DNA from: an uncultured Planctomycetota bacterium | GTDB taxonomy: Bacteria; Planctomycetota; Planctomycetia; Isosphaerales; Isosphaeraceae | DNA: 64,000 bases | Reading direction: 5' to 3' | Assembly: GCA_963823665.1 (NCBI GenBank) | Contig: CAWGMQ010000010.1 | Location: 352,001 to 416,000, forward strand | Program-made: the position numbers and the translations under genes | Part shown: in pieces, positions 44,835 to 54,811 of the stretch | Numbering within the stretch: position 1 is the stretch's first letter | How the letters are laid out: each line of letters starts with the position of its first letter | The notes under the pieces: generated by a model | What the model was told of the DNA's origin: nothing | Databases searched by the model: none | Seen by the model: only the letters and a program-made list of their open reading frames with translations

Positions 44835-45124
44835 ATCAGAGTTGCTTTGAGCGGGAGTGCCTGAATCGACTTGGCAGACCTCCGCCGGTCACGGTGCAAA
44901 CAACGTTGCAGTGGCTACCGAGTTTCCGGCGAAAAAGAGGGGACGGGGCTCAGCTCCGGCTCGGCAAGAGGGATGCTCCCTCCCACCTTCGCCATCGCCT
45001 CGCCCAGTTCAAGTGAGGGCGAGGCGATGGCGAAGGCGGGAGGGACGGAGATGACATTTTGATTCTGTGATCGGCGATCGAGATCGAGCACGACATTTTC
45101 CACACCACACCAGGAGTTTTCTCC

Positions 45125-46048
45125 ATGAATGAACCACTGAGAAATGTATTGAGGCAACTACGGCTCTCCGGACTCTTGGAGAGCCTGGAGATTCGCCTAC
45201 AGGAGGCCGCTGGCCACGGCCTCAGCCACAGCGAGTTCCTTGAGCTGATCCTTCAAGACGAGCTGGCGGTGCGAGCCGATCGCCAATTCCAGCGACGGTT
45301 CAAAGCGGCTGAGTTTCGCGAGCGGAAGTCGTTGGAAGACTTCGACTGGTCGTTCAACCCGTCGATCCCCCGCAAGCAGGTGTACGACTTGGCGAGCTGT
45401 CGGTTCCTCCGCGAAGGGCGCGACGTGCTCTGGCTGGGACCGCCCGGCCTCGGAAAGAGCCATCTCGTACAAGCGATCGGGTATCAAGCCGTCAAGGCCG
45501 GTTACACGGTTCTTTACCGCTCGGTCTTCGACCTGGTCCGGGACTTCCTGCATGATCAGGTGTTGGGGCAGGAGGACAAGATGCTGACGATGTACCTGAA
45601 GCCCGAGTTGTTGATCATCGACGACATGGGAATGAAGCAATTGCCGAGGCGTTCCGGTGAATGTCTCTTCGAGGTCGTGATGCGGCGGTATGAGACACGG
45701 TCAACGATGATGACATCGAACCGTCCGCTCGAGGATTGGGGAAAGCTTCTCGGGGATGTGCCGAGTGCCACGGCGATCTTGGATCGATTCCTGCATCATG
45801 CCGAGCTCGTGCGATTGGAGGGCCGAAGTTACCGCCTGCGGCACCAATCGGCTTCGGGCGGAAACGGGTTTGAAGATTCAAAACCAGCCAAAGCGCCCTC
45901 CGGCTCTGAGCATGGTGGTTCGAATTCAAAACCAGCCAAAGCGCCCTCCGGGTCGGAAGAGAACCCACCAGATTCAAAACCAGCCAAGGCGCCATCTGGC
46001 TCCAACGCCAGCGGAAAGGGAGGAGGCAAGACCACAACGAAGCGTTAA
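45125..46048 (+). CDS. istB: IS21 helper ATPase IstB
   Basis: GPPGLGKSH, LLIIDD, TSNRP, AILDRFLHH..GRSYR. Confidence 0.94.
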   Translation: MNEPLRNVLRQLRLSGLLESLEIRLQEAAGHGLSHSEFLELILQDELAVRADRQFQRRFKAAEFRERKSLEDFDWSFNPSIPRKQVYDLASCRFLREGRDVLWLGPPGLGKSHLVQAIGYQAVKAGYTVLYRSVFDLVRDFLHDQVLGQEDKMLTMYLKPELLIIDDMGMKQLPRRSGECLFEVVMRRYETRSTMMTSNRPLEDWGKLLGDVPSATAILDRFLHHAELVRLEGRSYRLRHQSASGGNGFEDSKPAKAPSGSEHGGSNSKPAKAPSGSEENPPDSKPAKAPSGSNASGKGGGKTTTKR

Positions 46049-47003
46049 AATGAGGAGCCAATTCGGCTCCGCCGGAAAAGTCAAAGACCGATTCGGCCAA
46101 GCAAAGCAAGTTCTCAGTCAGTCGTGATTACCGTAGAGCTGTATTGAATTGACCAATGTAACTACCCGAACGGGGTGGCTGGTTTTGAACTACCGATAAG
46201 CGCCCATAATTGGCTGGTTTTGAAGCGCCCGGTGACACTCAAGAAGACGAGCGAGGATGTTCGCATCGAGAACATGAACTTGTGGATCATTGACGAGAAG
46301 TTGGCCTACCACTACTTCCTGGCGTCAGACAAGCCGCTGAACCAAATTGGTGCAACGATCGAGGTAGCGAGCGAGGACCGACCCGACTTGGTGATTTTCA
46401 ACCGCCCATTTGCCTTTGCAGATTCCGGCCCACCATTCTCAGCAATTGTCATTATCGAATTCAAACGCCCTGCCAGGAATGACTACAGCGACAAGGAAGA
46501 GAAAAATCCCATTCTTCAAGTGTATGACTACATCGGGCTTCTAAAAGAAGGGAAGGCGAAAGACAGACGAGGCGTTCCGATCACCGTGCCAGAGCACTTA
46601 CCGATCTACGCCTACATCGTTTGCGACCTGACACCAACGCTTCAAAAGCAGGCCAGGGATTACCAACTCAAGAAGACGCCTGATTCGCTCGGATATTTTG
46701 GCTATCACACGGAGTATGGAGCATACATCGAAATTATTTCATTCGATAAATTACTTGATGATGCGAAGAAGCGCAACAAGATTCTGTTCGACAAGATGGG
46801 GCTCCACGGCGAGGCTGTTCCGTTACCTAATCAGCACCGATGACCCTCGCTCAAAGCGGCGTTGAGGATGAGTTGATCGTGTGATCCTTTGCCCTTGAAA
46901 TAGTCGAGCCCGTATTGTTGATCAAGAGGCTCGTCGACGACTACAGGCATCGATATTGTGTACCACCGAAACTCCAACGAGTAGAAAGACTGATTGCACT
47001 TCA

Positions 47004-48719
47004 ATGAACTACTGGCTTGATCTGTTTACGGTGAAAACCCTGGAGGAGTTCCAGAAGGCTGGGGCTCACGTCTCTGGCTTCCGGGAGCGGCGGTTCCACA
47101 CTTGCGAGCAGATCCAGCCGAACGACAAGTTGCTTTGCTACGTTACCGGGATCAGCCGCTGGGTCGGCGTCCTGCGGGTCACCAAACCCGTTTACCGATC
47201 CGAGGAACGAATCTGGGACATGGAGGTGTTCCCTATCCGACTGGGCGTTGAGCCGGAAATCCTCCTCCCCCCGGAACACGGAATCCCGCATCAGCTATTG
47301 CAACCCACACTGCACTCCCCCGCCCGCTCTTGGTCGGGCTACTTGCGAGGCAGCCCGACTCGCCTCCAGAAAGAGGATGCCGAAGTCATCCTCAAAGCCA
47401 TCGAGGCTGCGCAACAGACTCCGGTCTTGCGTCCCTACGATAAGAAAAAGGCTGGGCGGGTACCGGTCGCTAACAAGCGGACGAAGATTGGCGGCGGGGA
47501 AGCTGCGCCAGCCGAACGCCCTGGTCTGTGTCCCTGGCTTCCTACGTTTTCGCAGCTTCGGGGTTACCTCACGGCAGTTGAGGGTACCCCTGTCGCTGAC
47601 CTGGAGTCTCTTGGAGCGGCGATCATGCGACTCCGGGGTACGCCGCAGGAGCCGGTTAGCTGGGAGAACCCGGAGACATGGATCGATGAGCGGCTGAAGG
47701 GTTCCGATCAAGTGTTAGCCAAACGAATCTGGTCTATGTCAAGTCACCGTATCAATCCTCGTTACCTCCGAGGACCGGGCATTGTCGCCGATCGGTACGA
47801 CTTGATCGAAGAAAGCGACAACAAATGCGTCGTCACGGCAGCCGGTAAGGATCTGCTCTCTTCCGAGTTCGGGGCGACGGAACGGGGAATCGATCTTCAG
47901 GAAGGCATGGGCGAGATCCTCAAGCTCATCCAGGTCAAGCCGAATGCTCGCCGTGGTGATCTACTGCCGGGGTGGCGTGAGTTTGTGGTCGGTCATTCCA
48001 ACGTGCGGCAGGAATCCGTCGTCAAGGACTTTCTCTATAAGCGATTCCAGAGCCTACGAGATCGCAAGCTCATCGAACGGGATGGGCAGCGCTACCGCCT
48101 GACTCAGCGAGGCGAGGAGTATCTCGGATCGCTGACATCAGGTCTGCCCGATACGGGGCAGAGTCGTACTACGGAGCTTCTGGCAACAGTCGAAACATTC
48201 AACCGAACCCAGCGGGAGATGCTCCGAGAACGGTTGGAGAACATGGACCCCTATGCATTCGAGCAACTCATATGCGACCTCCTGACTGAGATGGGGTACG
48301 AGGATGTCGAGGTAACGCAGCGGTCCAATGACAAGGGGGTCGATGTCAAGGCGGTCGCCCAGTTCGGAATCACCACGATAAACGAGGTCATCCAGGTGAA
48401 GCGACACCGAGCGAACATTCAGCGACCGGTCTTGGACATGCTTCGTGGTTCACTACATCGGTTCAAGGCGCAGAAAGGGACTATCATCACCACGGGTGAC
48501 TACGGCAAAGGTGCGAAGGACGCCGCCTTCGAGATGGGCGCTGCACCGATCACCTTGATCAACGGCGAGACCCTGATCGATCAGTTAATTCAGCACGAAA
48601 TCGGCGTGAAGAAGAAGACCGTGGACTACTACGAGTTTGATGAGACCGTGTTCGAGGCTTCGGAACCGGACGAGCCTGACGGCTTAACTGGAAACGACGC
48701 AGATGAAGACATGGGCTGA
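47004..48719 (+). CDS. EVE/PUA-like domain + Mrr-type restriction endonuclease
   Basis: N-terminal YWL..IQPNDKLLCYV; C-terminal FEQLICDLL..MGY..NDKGVDV..IQVKR (Mrr_cat). Confidence 0.85.
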   Translation: MNYWLDLFTVKTLEEFQKAGAHVSGFRERRFHTCEQIQPNDKLLCYVTGISRWVGVLRVTKPVYRSEERIWDMEVFPIRLGVEPEILLPPEHGIPHQLLQPTLHSPARSWSGYLRGSPTRLQKEDAEVILKAIEAAQQTPVLRPYDKKKAGRVPVANKRTKIGGGEAAPAERPGLCPWLPTFSQLRGYLTAVEGTPVADLESLGAAIMRLRGTPQEPVSWENPETWIDERLKGSDQVLAKRIWSMSSHRINPRYLRGPGIVADRYDLIEESDNKCVVTAAGKDLLSSEFGATERGIDLQEGMGEILKLIQVKPNARRGDLLPGWREFVVGHSNVRQESVVKDFLYKRFQSLRDRKLIERDGQRYRLTQRGEEYLGSLTSGLPDTGQSRTTELLATVETFNRTQREMLRERLENMDPYAFEQLICDLLTEMGYEDVEVTQRSNDKGVDVKAVAQFGITTINEVIQVKRHRANIQRPVLDMLRGSLHRFKAQKGTIITTGDYGKGAKDAAFEMGAAPITLINGETLIDQLIQHEIGVKKKTVDYYEFDETVFEASEPDEPDGLTGNDADEDMG

Positions 48720-48817
48720 ATAGGAACTGGCGTCTTTCCACGGCGATCTCTACTCATAAGAGTCATCGACTTCAGCGACTCTTGGGCAAACTGACGATCA
48801 ACAGGAAAGCTCGTCCG

Positions 48818-51127
48818 ATGCTTGACGACCGGATAAAGACTCGGATTCTTGAGGACCACAAGAAGCTCACCGCAGACGGAAAGCTCTATTCCAAATCGCA
48901 ACTGGAGGGGTTCTACCGAAACTTCCGAAACAGGTTCGGCCCCGACGCCCTGGCGAAGCTCGACGGCGAGGAACTCCTCGATTCGATGCACGCCATCGGA
49001 ACTAAGGACAGCCTCGTCTATTGGCTGGAATTCAAGAACGACGACGAATTCCCCGGTCATTTCGGCAGCATCGCAGGGGGAAGTGCCTTCAAATTCGGTG
49101 TCTTCCGAGGCAAGGAGACCGGCACATGGGTGACCGGCTCCCCCAACGCCGTAAAGGAACTGACTATTCCCGAAGCGGTTGAGATTGCTCGCAAGCATCG
49201 TGATCAACTCGTACAGGGGGTTGAACGAATCGGGAAACTCCCCGATCTCGCTGATGATACCGAGTACCGCAAGCTCCAGGATGACCTGGACCGGATCGCC
49301 CCATCCGTCAGCAACCTCGCCTGGGGGCATAAGTACTTCAGCCTGCTGGCACCCGAGAAGCTCGACGATTACCACAACGCCGATTACCAACGGTTCTACC
49401 TCATCAAGATGCTCCAGGTGCCCCCCGAGGGTGACGGTCGTTACGTGTGCGGAGGTCGATACGTTGCCGCCGCTCACGAACTCGGCATTCCGATAAGTCA
49501 ACTAACGACTACCCTCGACCACCAATACCCCCTACCACTCGCTTATTGGCGGATCGGCACGTCAAACGGGGAACAGCCCAGGAACCGATGGATGCTTATG
49601 CGAGACGGATCGTGCGTAGCCATCGGATGGGCTGACCTGGGTGACCTCTCAGGCTACGAGAGGGACACTGCGACTAGGGAGAAGCTTATCAAACTGCTCG
49701 GGGAGCGATATCCGGGGAGTCCCAAACAGCAGGGAAAGTCGGCAAGCCAGATCCTCCAATTCGTCAAAGGAATCGCTCGGGGCGAGACTGTCTTGGCGTG
49801 CGACGGCTCGAAGGTTCTTGGGGTCGGTCGGGTCACCGGGGATTATCGCCATGAGCCGGGTTCCGATTTTCCACACCGCCGACCAGTTGAATGGCTTTCC
49901 CTCGAAGAGTGGAAAATGCCGGAAGCCGAAGGACTCCAGACCACAGTCCATAAATTGAAGAAGTTCCCAATCAACCTCGTAGAAGCTGAGAAAAGAGTGC
50001 TTGGGACACCTCCGATCGTCCAGTCATCTCTCGCTGGGAAGCCGGTGGCCAAAGGTAGCGAATCGCCGGAATTGAAGGGCATCTTCGGTCGCATCCAGTC
50101 CGTGCTCGAACGGAAAAGCCAGGTGATCCTCTACGGTCCTCCAGGGACCGGCAAAACATACTGGGCCGAGCGATCGGCGATCGACCTTGCCGCATACTCC
50201 CTGGCGGGGAAGCCCTTCGAGGAACTGTCTCACGCCGAGAAAGCCATGATCGAGGGTGAAGCCGAGTCCCTCGGTCTCGTCCGCATCTGCTGTTTCCACC
50301 CGGCCTACGGCTACGAAGACTTCATCGAAGGCTACCGACCGGAACTTCAAGACGGGCGGATGTCGTTTGTCCTGCGGGACGGCATCTTCAAGCAGTTGTG
50401 TCGGGACGCAGAGAAACAGCCGAAGCGGCAGTTTTATTTGATCATCGACGAGATCAACCGGGGCGACATCCCTCGAATCTTCGGTGAACTGCTGACGGTC
50501 ATTGAGAAGGACAAGCGGGGCAAACCGATCATGCTGCCGTTGAGCGGATCGGCGTTCCGGGTGCCCTCGAACGTCTTTCTCATCGGGACGATGAACACGG
50601 CAGACCGGTCCATCGCACTCCTCGACACCGCCCTGCGGCGGCGTTTTGGTTTCGTCGAGTTTATGCCCGATTCATCTTTGCTGGAAAATGCCAACGTCGC
50701 CGACATTCCCCTGGGGCCTTGGCTGGAGGCCCTGAACCGCCGAATTTGCGAGCACGTGGGGCGAGACGCTCGCAATCTTCAGGTTGGTCACTCGTTCCTT
50801 TTAGAGCATGGCAAGCCCGTAAAGGAAGCCGCCCGCTTCTTCCGGATCGTCCGGGACGAGATCATCCCGCTCTTGGAGGAGTACTGCTACGAAGACTACG
50901 ATGCTCTTCACGCCATCCTCGGAAGCGGCTTGGTCGATCTGCCGAACCGCTCCATCCGTCATGACTTGTTCGAGGAGGCCATGCATCAGGAACTCGCTCA
51001 GGCTCTGCTGGCTCCGTGCCCCGACATCCTTACCTCGCTCAAGGCTGCCACGTCCCTTGAATTCGACCAGGGCGTGACGGAGCCCGAAGAAGGTGATGAC
51101 GACGATCCGGAGGTAGCAACCTCGTGA
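48818..51127 (+). CDS. mcrB: McrB-family AAA+ GTPase with extended N-terminal recognition region
   Basis: GPPGTGKT, FHPAYGYEDF, IIDEINRG, MNTADRS, ALRRRF. Confidence 0.92.
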   Translation: MLDDRIKTRILEDHKKLTADGKLYSKSQLEGFYRNFRNRFGPDALAKLDGEELLDSMHAIGTKDSLVYWLEFKNDDEFPGHFGSIAGGSAFKFGVFRGKETGTWVTGSPNAVKELTIPEAVEIARKHRDQLVQGVERIGKLPDLADDTEYRKLQDDLDRIAPSVSNLAWGHKYFSLLAPEKLDDYHNADYQRFYLIKMLQVPPEGDGRYVCGGRYVAAAHELGIPISQLTTTLDHQYPLPLAYWRIGTSNGEQPRNRWMLMRDGSCVAIGWADLGDLSGYERDTATREKLIKLLGERYPGSPKQQGKSASQILQFVKGIARGETVLACDGSKVLGVGRVTGDYRHEPGSDFPHRRPVEWLSLEEWKMPEAEGLQTTVHKLKKFPINLVEAEKRVLGTPPIVQSSLAGKPVAKGSESPELKGIFGRIQSVLERKSQVILYGPPGTGKTYWAERSAIDLAAYSLAGKPFEELSHAEKAMIEGEAESLGLVRICCFHPAYGYEDFIEGYRPELQDGRMSFVLRDGIFKQLCRDAEKQPKRQFYLIIDEINRGDIPRIFGELLTVIEKDKRGKPIMLPLSGSAFRVPSNVFLIGTMNTADRSIALLDTALRRRFGFVEFMPDSSLLENANVADIPLGPWLEALNRRICEHVGRDARNLQVGHSFLLEHGKPVKEAARFFRIVRDEIIPLLEEYCYEDYDALHAILGSGLVDLPNRSIRHDLFEEAMHQELAQALLAPCPDILTSLKAATSLEFDQGVTEPEEGDDDDPEVATS

Positions 51128-52434
51128 CCGCCGTCGCTGTCCGACTCGCCGAATGGCAAACAGTCTCTCCCGTCCCTGGAAGTTCCACAGAGAATGTCAA
51201 CCTCGGTTCTGATCCCGGCGTGCTTGATCTGGCTCGACGCCTTACTGAGAGCGGCATTTTGGAGATCTTGGAGCTTCGCAACGGTTTGACTGTAAGATCG
51301 ACCTCCTTCGTTGGGCGATTTCGGCTCGGGGAGATCGACATCACGGTTTTGCCCAAGTTGCCCTCAGACGCCCTCTTGAAATTGCTTCGGTACACTTATG
51401 GGCTGAGGGATCTGCGGCTCTTGCCCTCCACCACGCATTCGACGCAGGATCTGGGTTTGCAGGACATTCTTGTCTGGCAATTGATCGAAGAGGCGAAGGA
51501 ACTTCTGGCGAGGGGACTGCAACGAGCCTACGTGCGCCGGGAGGAAGCTCTGTCGTCACCCCGAGGCCGGATCGATTTTCAGACCATCGTTGCGCAGAGC
51601 ACCCTCGCCGAGCCGAGCCTGCCGTGCGTTCACCACCGCCGAGAAGAGGACCGGTTGATCAACCGAGTCTTGCTGGCGGGTTTGCGGCTGGCATCGTCCT
51701 TAGACGTTGAACGTGGACTGCGAATGCAAACGGGTCGGCTCGCCGATCTGCTCGCTGAGTCCGTTTCCTCTCTTCGGCTTGACCGGCGAATCTTCCAGCG
51801 ACTGGAGAGTGAGATGGACCGCACGACGAGGGCTTACGAGCCTGCCATCTTGATTATTCGGATACTCGCTGAGGCTGGTGGGCTATCCCTCGGTGGCGAG
51901 GCCGGGCCAAGACTCCCCGGCTTCCTCTTTGATATGAACCGCTTTTTCCAGGAGTTGTTGGGGAAATTCCTTGTGGACAACCTCCCCGACCATACTGTGT
52001 GCTCGGAGCACCGGCTCAACGGGATGCTCGCATACGTGCCGGGCTGGAACCCTCGTAACCAGCAAGCACCAGTTCCCCGACCTGACTTTCTGGTGGCGAA
52101 GGGGATGCAGGTCTTGGCGATCCTGGATGCGAAATATCGGGACCTTTGGGAGAACTCGCTGCCCAGGGAGATGCTCTACCAACTTGCGATTTATGCCACA
52201 ATCCACGAGTGCAGCACCGCCACTATCCTCTACCCGACCAGTCATGCCCAAGCGAGGGAGGCACGAATCGAGGTGCGTGACCCGCTACTTGGTAGTCGGC
52301 GTGCGTTGATCGTCTTGCGGCCAGTTGCGCTTGATCGGCTGGAAGGGCTCGTCTCGGCCAAGCAGACGGCGGCGGCGCTGAGGGAACGAAATTCGTATGC
52401 TCGTGAACTGGTCTTTGGGACCAAGCCCCTCTGA
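51124..52434 (+). CDS. mcrC: McrC-family nuclease subunit
   Basis: FDMNRFFQ, RPDF..LDAKY, LYQLAIYA; GTGA overlap with mcrB. Confidence 0.9.
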   Translation: MTAVAVRLAEWQTVSPVPGSSTENVNLGSDPGVLDLARRLTESGILEILELRNGLTVRSTSFVGRFRLGEIDITVLPKLPSDALLKLLRYTYGLRDLRLLPSTTHSTQDLGLQDILVWQLIEEAKELLARGLQRAYVRREEALSSPRGRIDFQTIVAQSTLAEPSLPCVHHRREEDRLINRVLLAGLRLASSLDVERGLRMQTGRLADLLAESVSSLRLDRRIFQRLESEMDRTTRAYEPAILIIRILAEAGGLSLGGEAGPRLPGFLFDMNRFFQELLGKFLVDNLPDHTVCSEHRLNGMLAYVPGWNPRNQQAPVPRPDFLVAKGMQVLAILDAKYRDLWENSLPREMLYQLAIYATIHECSTATILYPTSHAQAREARIEVRDPLLGSRRALIVLRPVALDRLEGLVSAKQTAAALRERNSYARELVFGTKPL

Positions 52435-52716
52435 TGGAGAAGAGCGACAGCACGACATCTTGCTTTCAGATCGACACGGCGTATGGCTTCTTCGCCTGGC
52501 TTTTCCGATTACCGGAACACTGCACGAATCAACCACATGACCAAGCTCAACACGACGCTGATCACGAACGATACAAGTCACGATCGGAAAGTAGTACCGA
52601 GCGTTCCCCCCTTCGATCCCGGTACGCTGGGCGAGCTTCACGAAGTTCTTCAAGTGGTCTTGGGTTGGGAGGCGTGAGAGCGCTATGAATCCCTGTCCTT
52701 CAATCAAGGTGATCAA

Positions 52717-53868
52717 GTGGCTGGTCGTATCTACCTCCTGAAAGAAGATTCCAAGCTCCTCGCAATGGAAGAGGCTTCGTACGACTCGGAGAGCCTGTTG
52801 CAGACGCTCTTGGCTGATCACCCGGATCTCCTCGCTGGGGATCAGATCGACGCCGAGGAGCCGAGGCGTTGGCTGCTTGTCACCCGTGAAATGGCTGTTC
52901 CCGGTGAACAAGATGGGGCGGCTCGATGGTCGCTCGACCATCTCTTTCTTGACCAAGATGCGATACCCACTCTCGTTGAGGTCAAGCGAAGTTCCGATAC
53001 CCGCATCCGGCGTGAGGTCATCGGTCAAATGCTCGACTACGCCGCCAATGCGGTCGCCTACTGGCCGGTCGAGGAGATCAAGGCCAAGTTCGAGAGCCGG
53101 TGCAAGGATGACGGCGACGATCCCGAGACCGAACTCATGGGGCTCCTTGGTGAAGGGCAAGACATTTCGACCTTCTGGCAATCAGTGAAAACGAATCTCC
53201 AGGCAGGGCGGGTCCGATTGCTTTTTATCGCCGACGAGATTCCAACCGAGTTGCGGCGGGTCGTCGAGTTCCTCAATACCCAGATGGACCCGGCAGAGGT
53301 GCTCGCCATCGAGGTCAAGCAGTTCGTGGGTGAGAACCTCAAGACGCTCGTTCCTCGTGTCGTGGGGCAGACGGAAACGGCTCGTCAGAAGAAGAAGGTG
53401 GAGCGGGGCGAACCACGGCAGTGGGATGAGTCGTCGTTCTTTTCGGATCTGAGTCAAAGACGGGGTGAACAAGAGGCGGCAGTCGCTCGGCGACTTCTGG
53501 ATTGGGCGAACAAACACGGTCTCCGTATTTGGTGGGGTCAAGGCAAGAAAGATGGATCGTACTTTCCGTCATACATTAGCAAGTTCGGCCAGCACCTTCT
53601 TTTCTCCGTCTGGACATACGGGAGCGTCGAGCTTCAATTTCAACACATGAAGAGACCACCGTTCGCCGAAGAAGGGAAGCGGAAGGAACTTGCCCAGCGG
53701 CTCTCGGCAATCGGAGTCTCGATATCCGACGAGGCGCTGAAGAAACGACCAACATTCGGTCTCAGCTTGCTGTTGACGCCCGGTCACTTGGACAAATTCG
53801 TGGGAGCCTTCGACTGGGTACTGTCGGAGATCAAGACGGTTGAGCAAGCCGGGACAACACCTTCCTGA
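52717..53868 (+). CDS. PD-(D/E)XK nuclease-like protein (NucS/DUF91-like N-terminus)
   Basis: ESLLQ..TRE..SLDHLFLD..LVEVKR..VIGQMLDYA. Confidence 0.65.
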   Translation: MAGRIYLLKEDSKLLAMEEASYDSESLLQTLLADHPDLLAGDQIDAEEPRRWLLVTREMAVPGEQDGAARWSLDHLFLDQDAIPTLVEVKRSSDTRIRREVIGQMLDYAANAVAYWPVEEIKAKFESRCKDDGDDPETELMGLLGEGQDISTFWQSVKTNLQAGRVRLLFIADEIPTELRRVVEFLNTQMDPAEVLAIEVKQFVGENLKTLVPRVVGQTETARQKKKVERGEPRQWDESSFFSDLSQRRGEQEAAVARRLLDWANKHGLRIWWGQGKKDGSYFPSYISKFGQHLLFSVWTYGSVELQFQHMKRPPFAEEGKRKELAQRLSAIGVSISDEALKKRPTFGLSLLLTPGHLDKFVGAFDWVLSEIKTVEQAGTTPS

Positions 53869-53930
53869 CGTCATGTTCGGGCTCCATCAGGCAGACTGGT
53901 ATCAAGAGACAGTACGAGAAGGAGCGACCC

Positions 53931-54302
53931 GTGTGGATTTTCACCAAACACGGTTTCTTCAGTGCGGTCTGTGCTCGACAGGGTGACGGGAAGCACGGCC
54001 AACCCGTCGATCTTGGCCGCATCATGGTGCGGGCAAGAATTAGAAGTCTTCTCGAAGCTCTCAAAGAGCGATTTCCCGACCTCCTTGACGAGTGCGAAAT
54101 CCAAGAGTCTGCCGGGACCGATTACGCCTATCGGTTGTTCGTTCCAAAGTCAGCCTGGACGCACGTGGTTGCGGGATTAGCTTCGGAAACCGACTACGAC
54201 AATTTCAAGTCAGAAGTTGCCCGCCATCAGGGAAAAGAAGGAGCGGCCTACGAGCACTCGCTCCACGAGGTCTGGTCCGTGATGCACAGATTGCAGAAGT
54301 AG
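53931..54302 (+). CDS. Hypothetical protein
   Basis: MWIFTKHGFFSAV..MVRAR..DYAYR..DYDNFK; AAGGAG RBS. Confidence 0.7.
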   Translation: MWIFTKHGFFSAVCARQGDGKHGQPVDLGRIMVRARIRSLLEALKERFPDLLDECEIQESAGTDYAYRLFVPKSAWTHVVAGLASETDYDNFKSEVARHQGKEGAAYEHSLHEVWSVMHRLQK

Positions 54303-54313
54303 GGGCATGAATA

Positions 54314-54736
54314 GTGCTTAATCTAGAGCCAATCGACCGTGACGTCTTGCTGAGGGAACTCAGAGAACTGCTAGGCGTTTCGATCCGTGAGGAAACGCAG
54401 CTTGATGGCGCTATCGTCATGGTCGGCGGTGATACTGGTGAGGTCATTGTCCGGGTCGGCGGAAGCAGGGTGTCTATCGCCCTTTTTCGTGTCTGTTGGG
54501 ATGGGCCGCACACCCCGGTCGTGCGACCGATCCACTTCGCAACCTTGAATTGGCGACGGCTTCCGGCTTCTACGCTGATGATGACGCTTCACCGCCTCAT
54601 CAACGCCGCCCGTGAAGTGCGTACGATGACGTATCGGCGGTGCGACCGATGCGGTAAGACAAAAGCGCCCGAATGGATGCACGACCAGAAAACGTGTCAA
54701 TCATGTGCCGAGCAGCATTTGGATGTTGTTCATTGA
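54314..54736 (+). CDS. Hypothetical protein with C-terminal Zn finger
   Basis: CDRC..CQSC. Confidence 0.6.
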   Translation: MLNLEPIDRDVLLRELRELLGVSIREETQLDGAIVMVGGDTGEVIVRVGGSRVSIALFRVCWDGPHTPVVRPIHFATLNWRRLPASTLMMTLHRLINAAREVRTMTYRRCDRCGKTKAPEWMHDQKTCQSCAEQHLDVVH

Positions 54737-54811
54737 ACGTTGGGCATCGAATTGACTCACAAGGCCCCTACCCATACAGATCGACGAGCATGACAGCGCC
54801 GGAAACAAGTC

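Larger units (their letters stand above)
43140..46237 (+). mobile_element. IS21-family insertion sequence
   Basis: TG...CA ends; 7-bp TSD CTCAAGA (43133-43139, 46238-46244); IRs with repeated CAAAACCAGCCA; istA-istB pair. Confidence 0.95.
41676..46843 (+). pseudogene. GHKL (HATPase_c/MORC-like) ATPase fused to a PD-(D/E)XK nuclease; split by IS21 and frameshifted near 41785 and 42915
   Basis: EAISNSIHA, DNGVGF, GGKGVGRF; C-terminal NLWIIDE, RPDL..IIEFKRP; IS removal restores IVFPLK-KTSEDV. Confidence 0.85.

Noticed and set aside
42899..46843. ORFs 42899-43357 and 46175-46843 as independent genes
   Set aside because: They are fragments of the GHKL-nuclease fused to IS21 end sequence
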